Source: Octopus sinensis (Eukaryota). From it: a DNA stretch of 20,084 nucleotides. The notes below the pieces were generated by a model, which was given only the letters and a program-made list of their open reading frames with translations, was not told where the DNA came from and did no database searches. A program made the translations under genes and the position numbers. The stretch is taken from NCBI RefSeq assembly GCF_006345805.1, contig NW_021824062.1:1-20084 (forward strand), given 5' to 3'. Shown here one piece after another: positions 19,566 through 20,084 of this stretch (position 1 is the first letter of the stretch; every line of letters begins with the position of its first letter).

Positions 19566-19705
19566 GGTTTTCTGCTTTTATTCGCAACTTGTAAGTCCTT
19601 GTAAGTATGTATCTGTGTATATGTACAGACACGCACACACACATTTATATATATATATATATATATACACACAAATATTTGTTTGTGACAGTGCTAGCTA
19701 GCTAC

Positions 19706-19820
<115 letters not shown>

Positions 19821-20084
19821 TAATGCTTCAACTTTTAATTATAATTCCGTAAAATTTTCATCTAGTAAAAAGAAAAAAACTGCTTCAAAAGCCTTTAAGA
19901 GTACTTGTATGACGTTCTTTTAACCGAACTTTATAATTTTGATTACTTTATAATTTATTCATTCATGAATTCATACATTTTTAATTCGAAATTCACGAAC
20001 TCTTGTGTGCATAAGAACATGATTATTCAAATACTGTGCCATTCAAATTTATATTTCGTCAAGCCCTTTCACACGACCCCAGCT

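Noticed and set aside
981-19701. The many Y/I/C/V/H/T-rich ORFs in the track
   Set aside because: They are translations of (TA)n, (TG)n and (TACA)n microsatellites, which lack stop codons.

Overview
AT-rich eukaryotic intronic or intergenic DNA with no intact protein-coding gene. The SINE types and the very high (TA)n density resemble octopus/cephalopod repeats; this is inference from memory, not a search. The window is a mosaic of microsatellites and decayed mobile elements: a mariner transposase pseudogene cut by a non-autonomous Helitron, a second related Helitron, a mariner-derived MITE, RTE and CR1 LINE fragments, a probable Ty3/Gypsy integrase remnant, and three SINE families, one forming a head-to-tail array at 17.05-17.9 kb. 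The most notable signal is six hammerhead-ribozyme-like motifs (core CYGANGA...GAAA-short palindrome-UH; one has a variant core) from about five unrelated short elements next to (TA)n tracts. One follows a Penelope-like endonuclease C-terminus, two form a divergent inverted pair, and one lies in a fold-back inversion. Three weak minus-strand exon candidates may belong to a host transcript. Most ORFs in the track are microsatellite translations.
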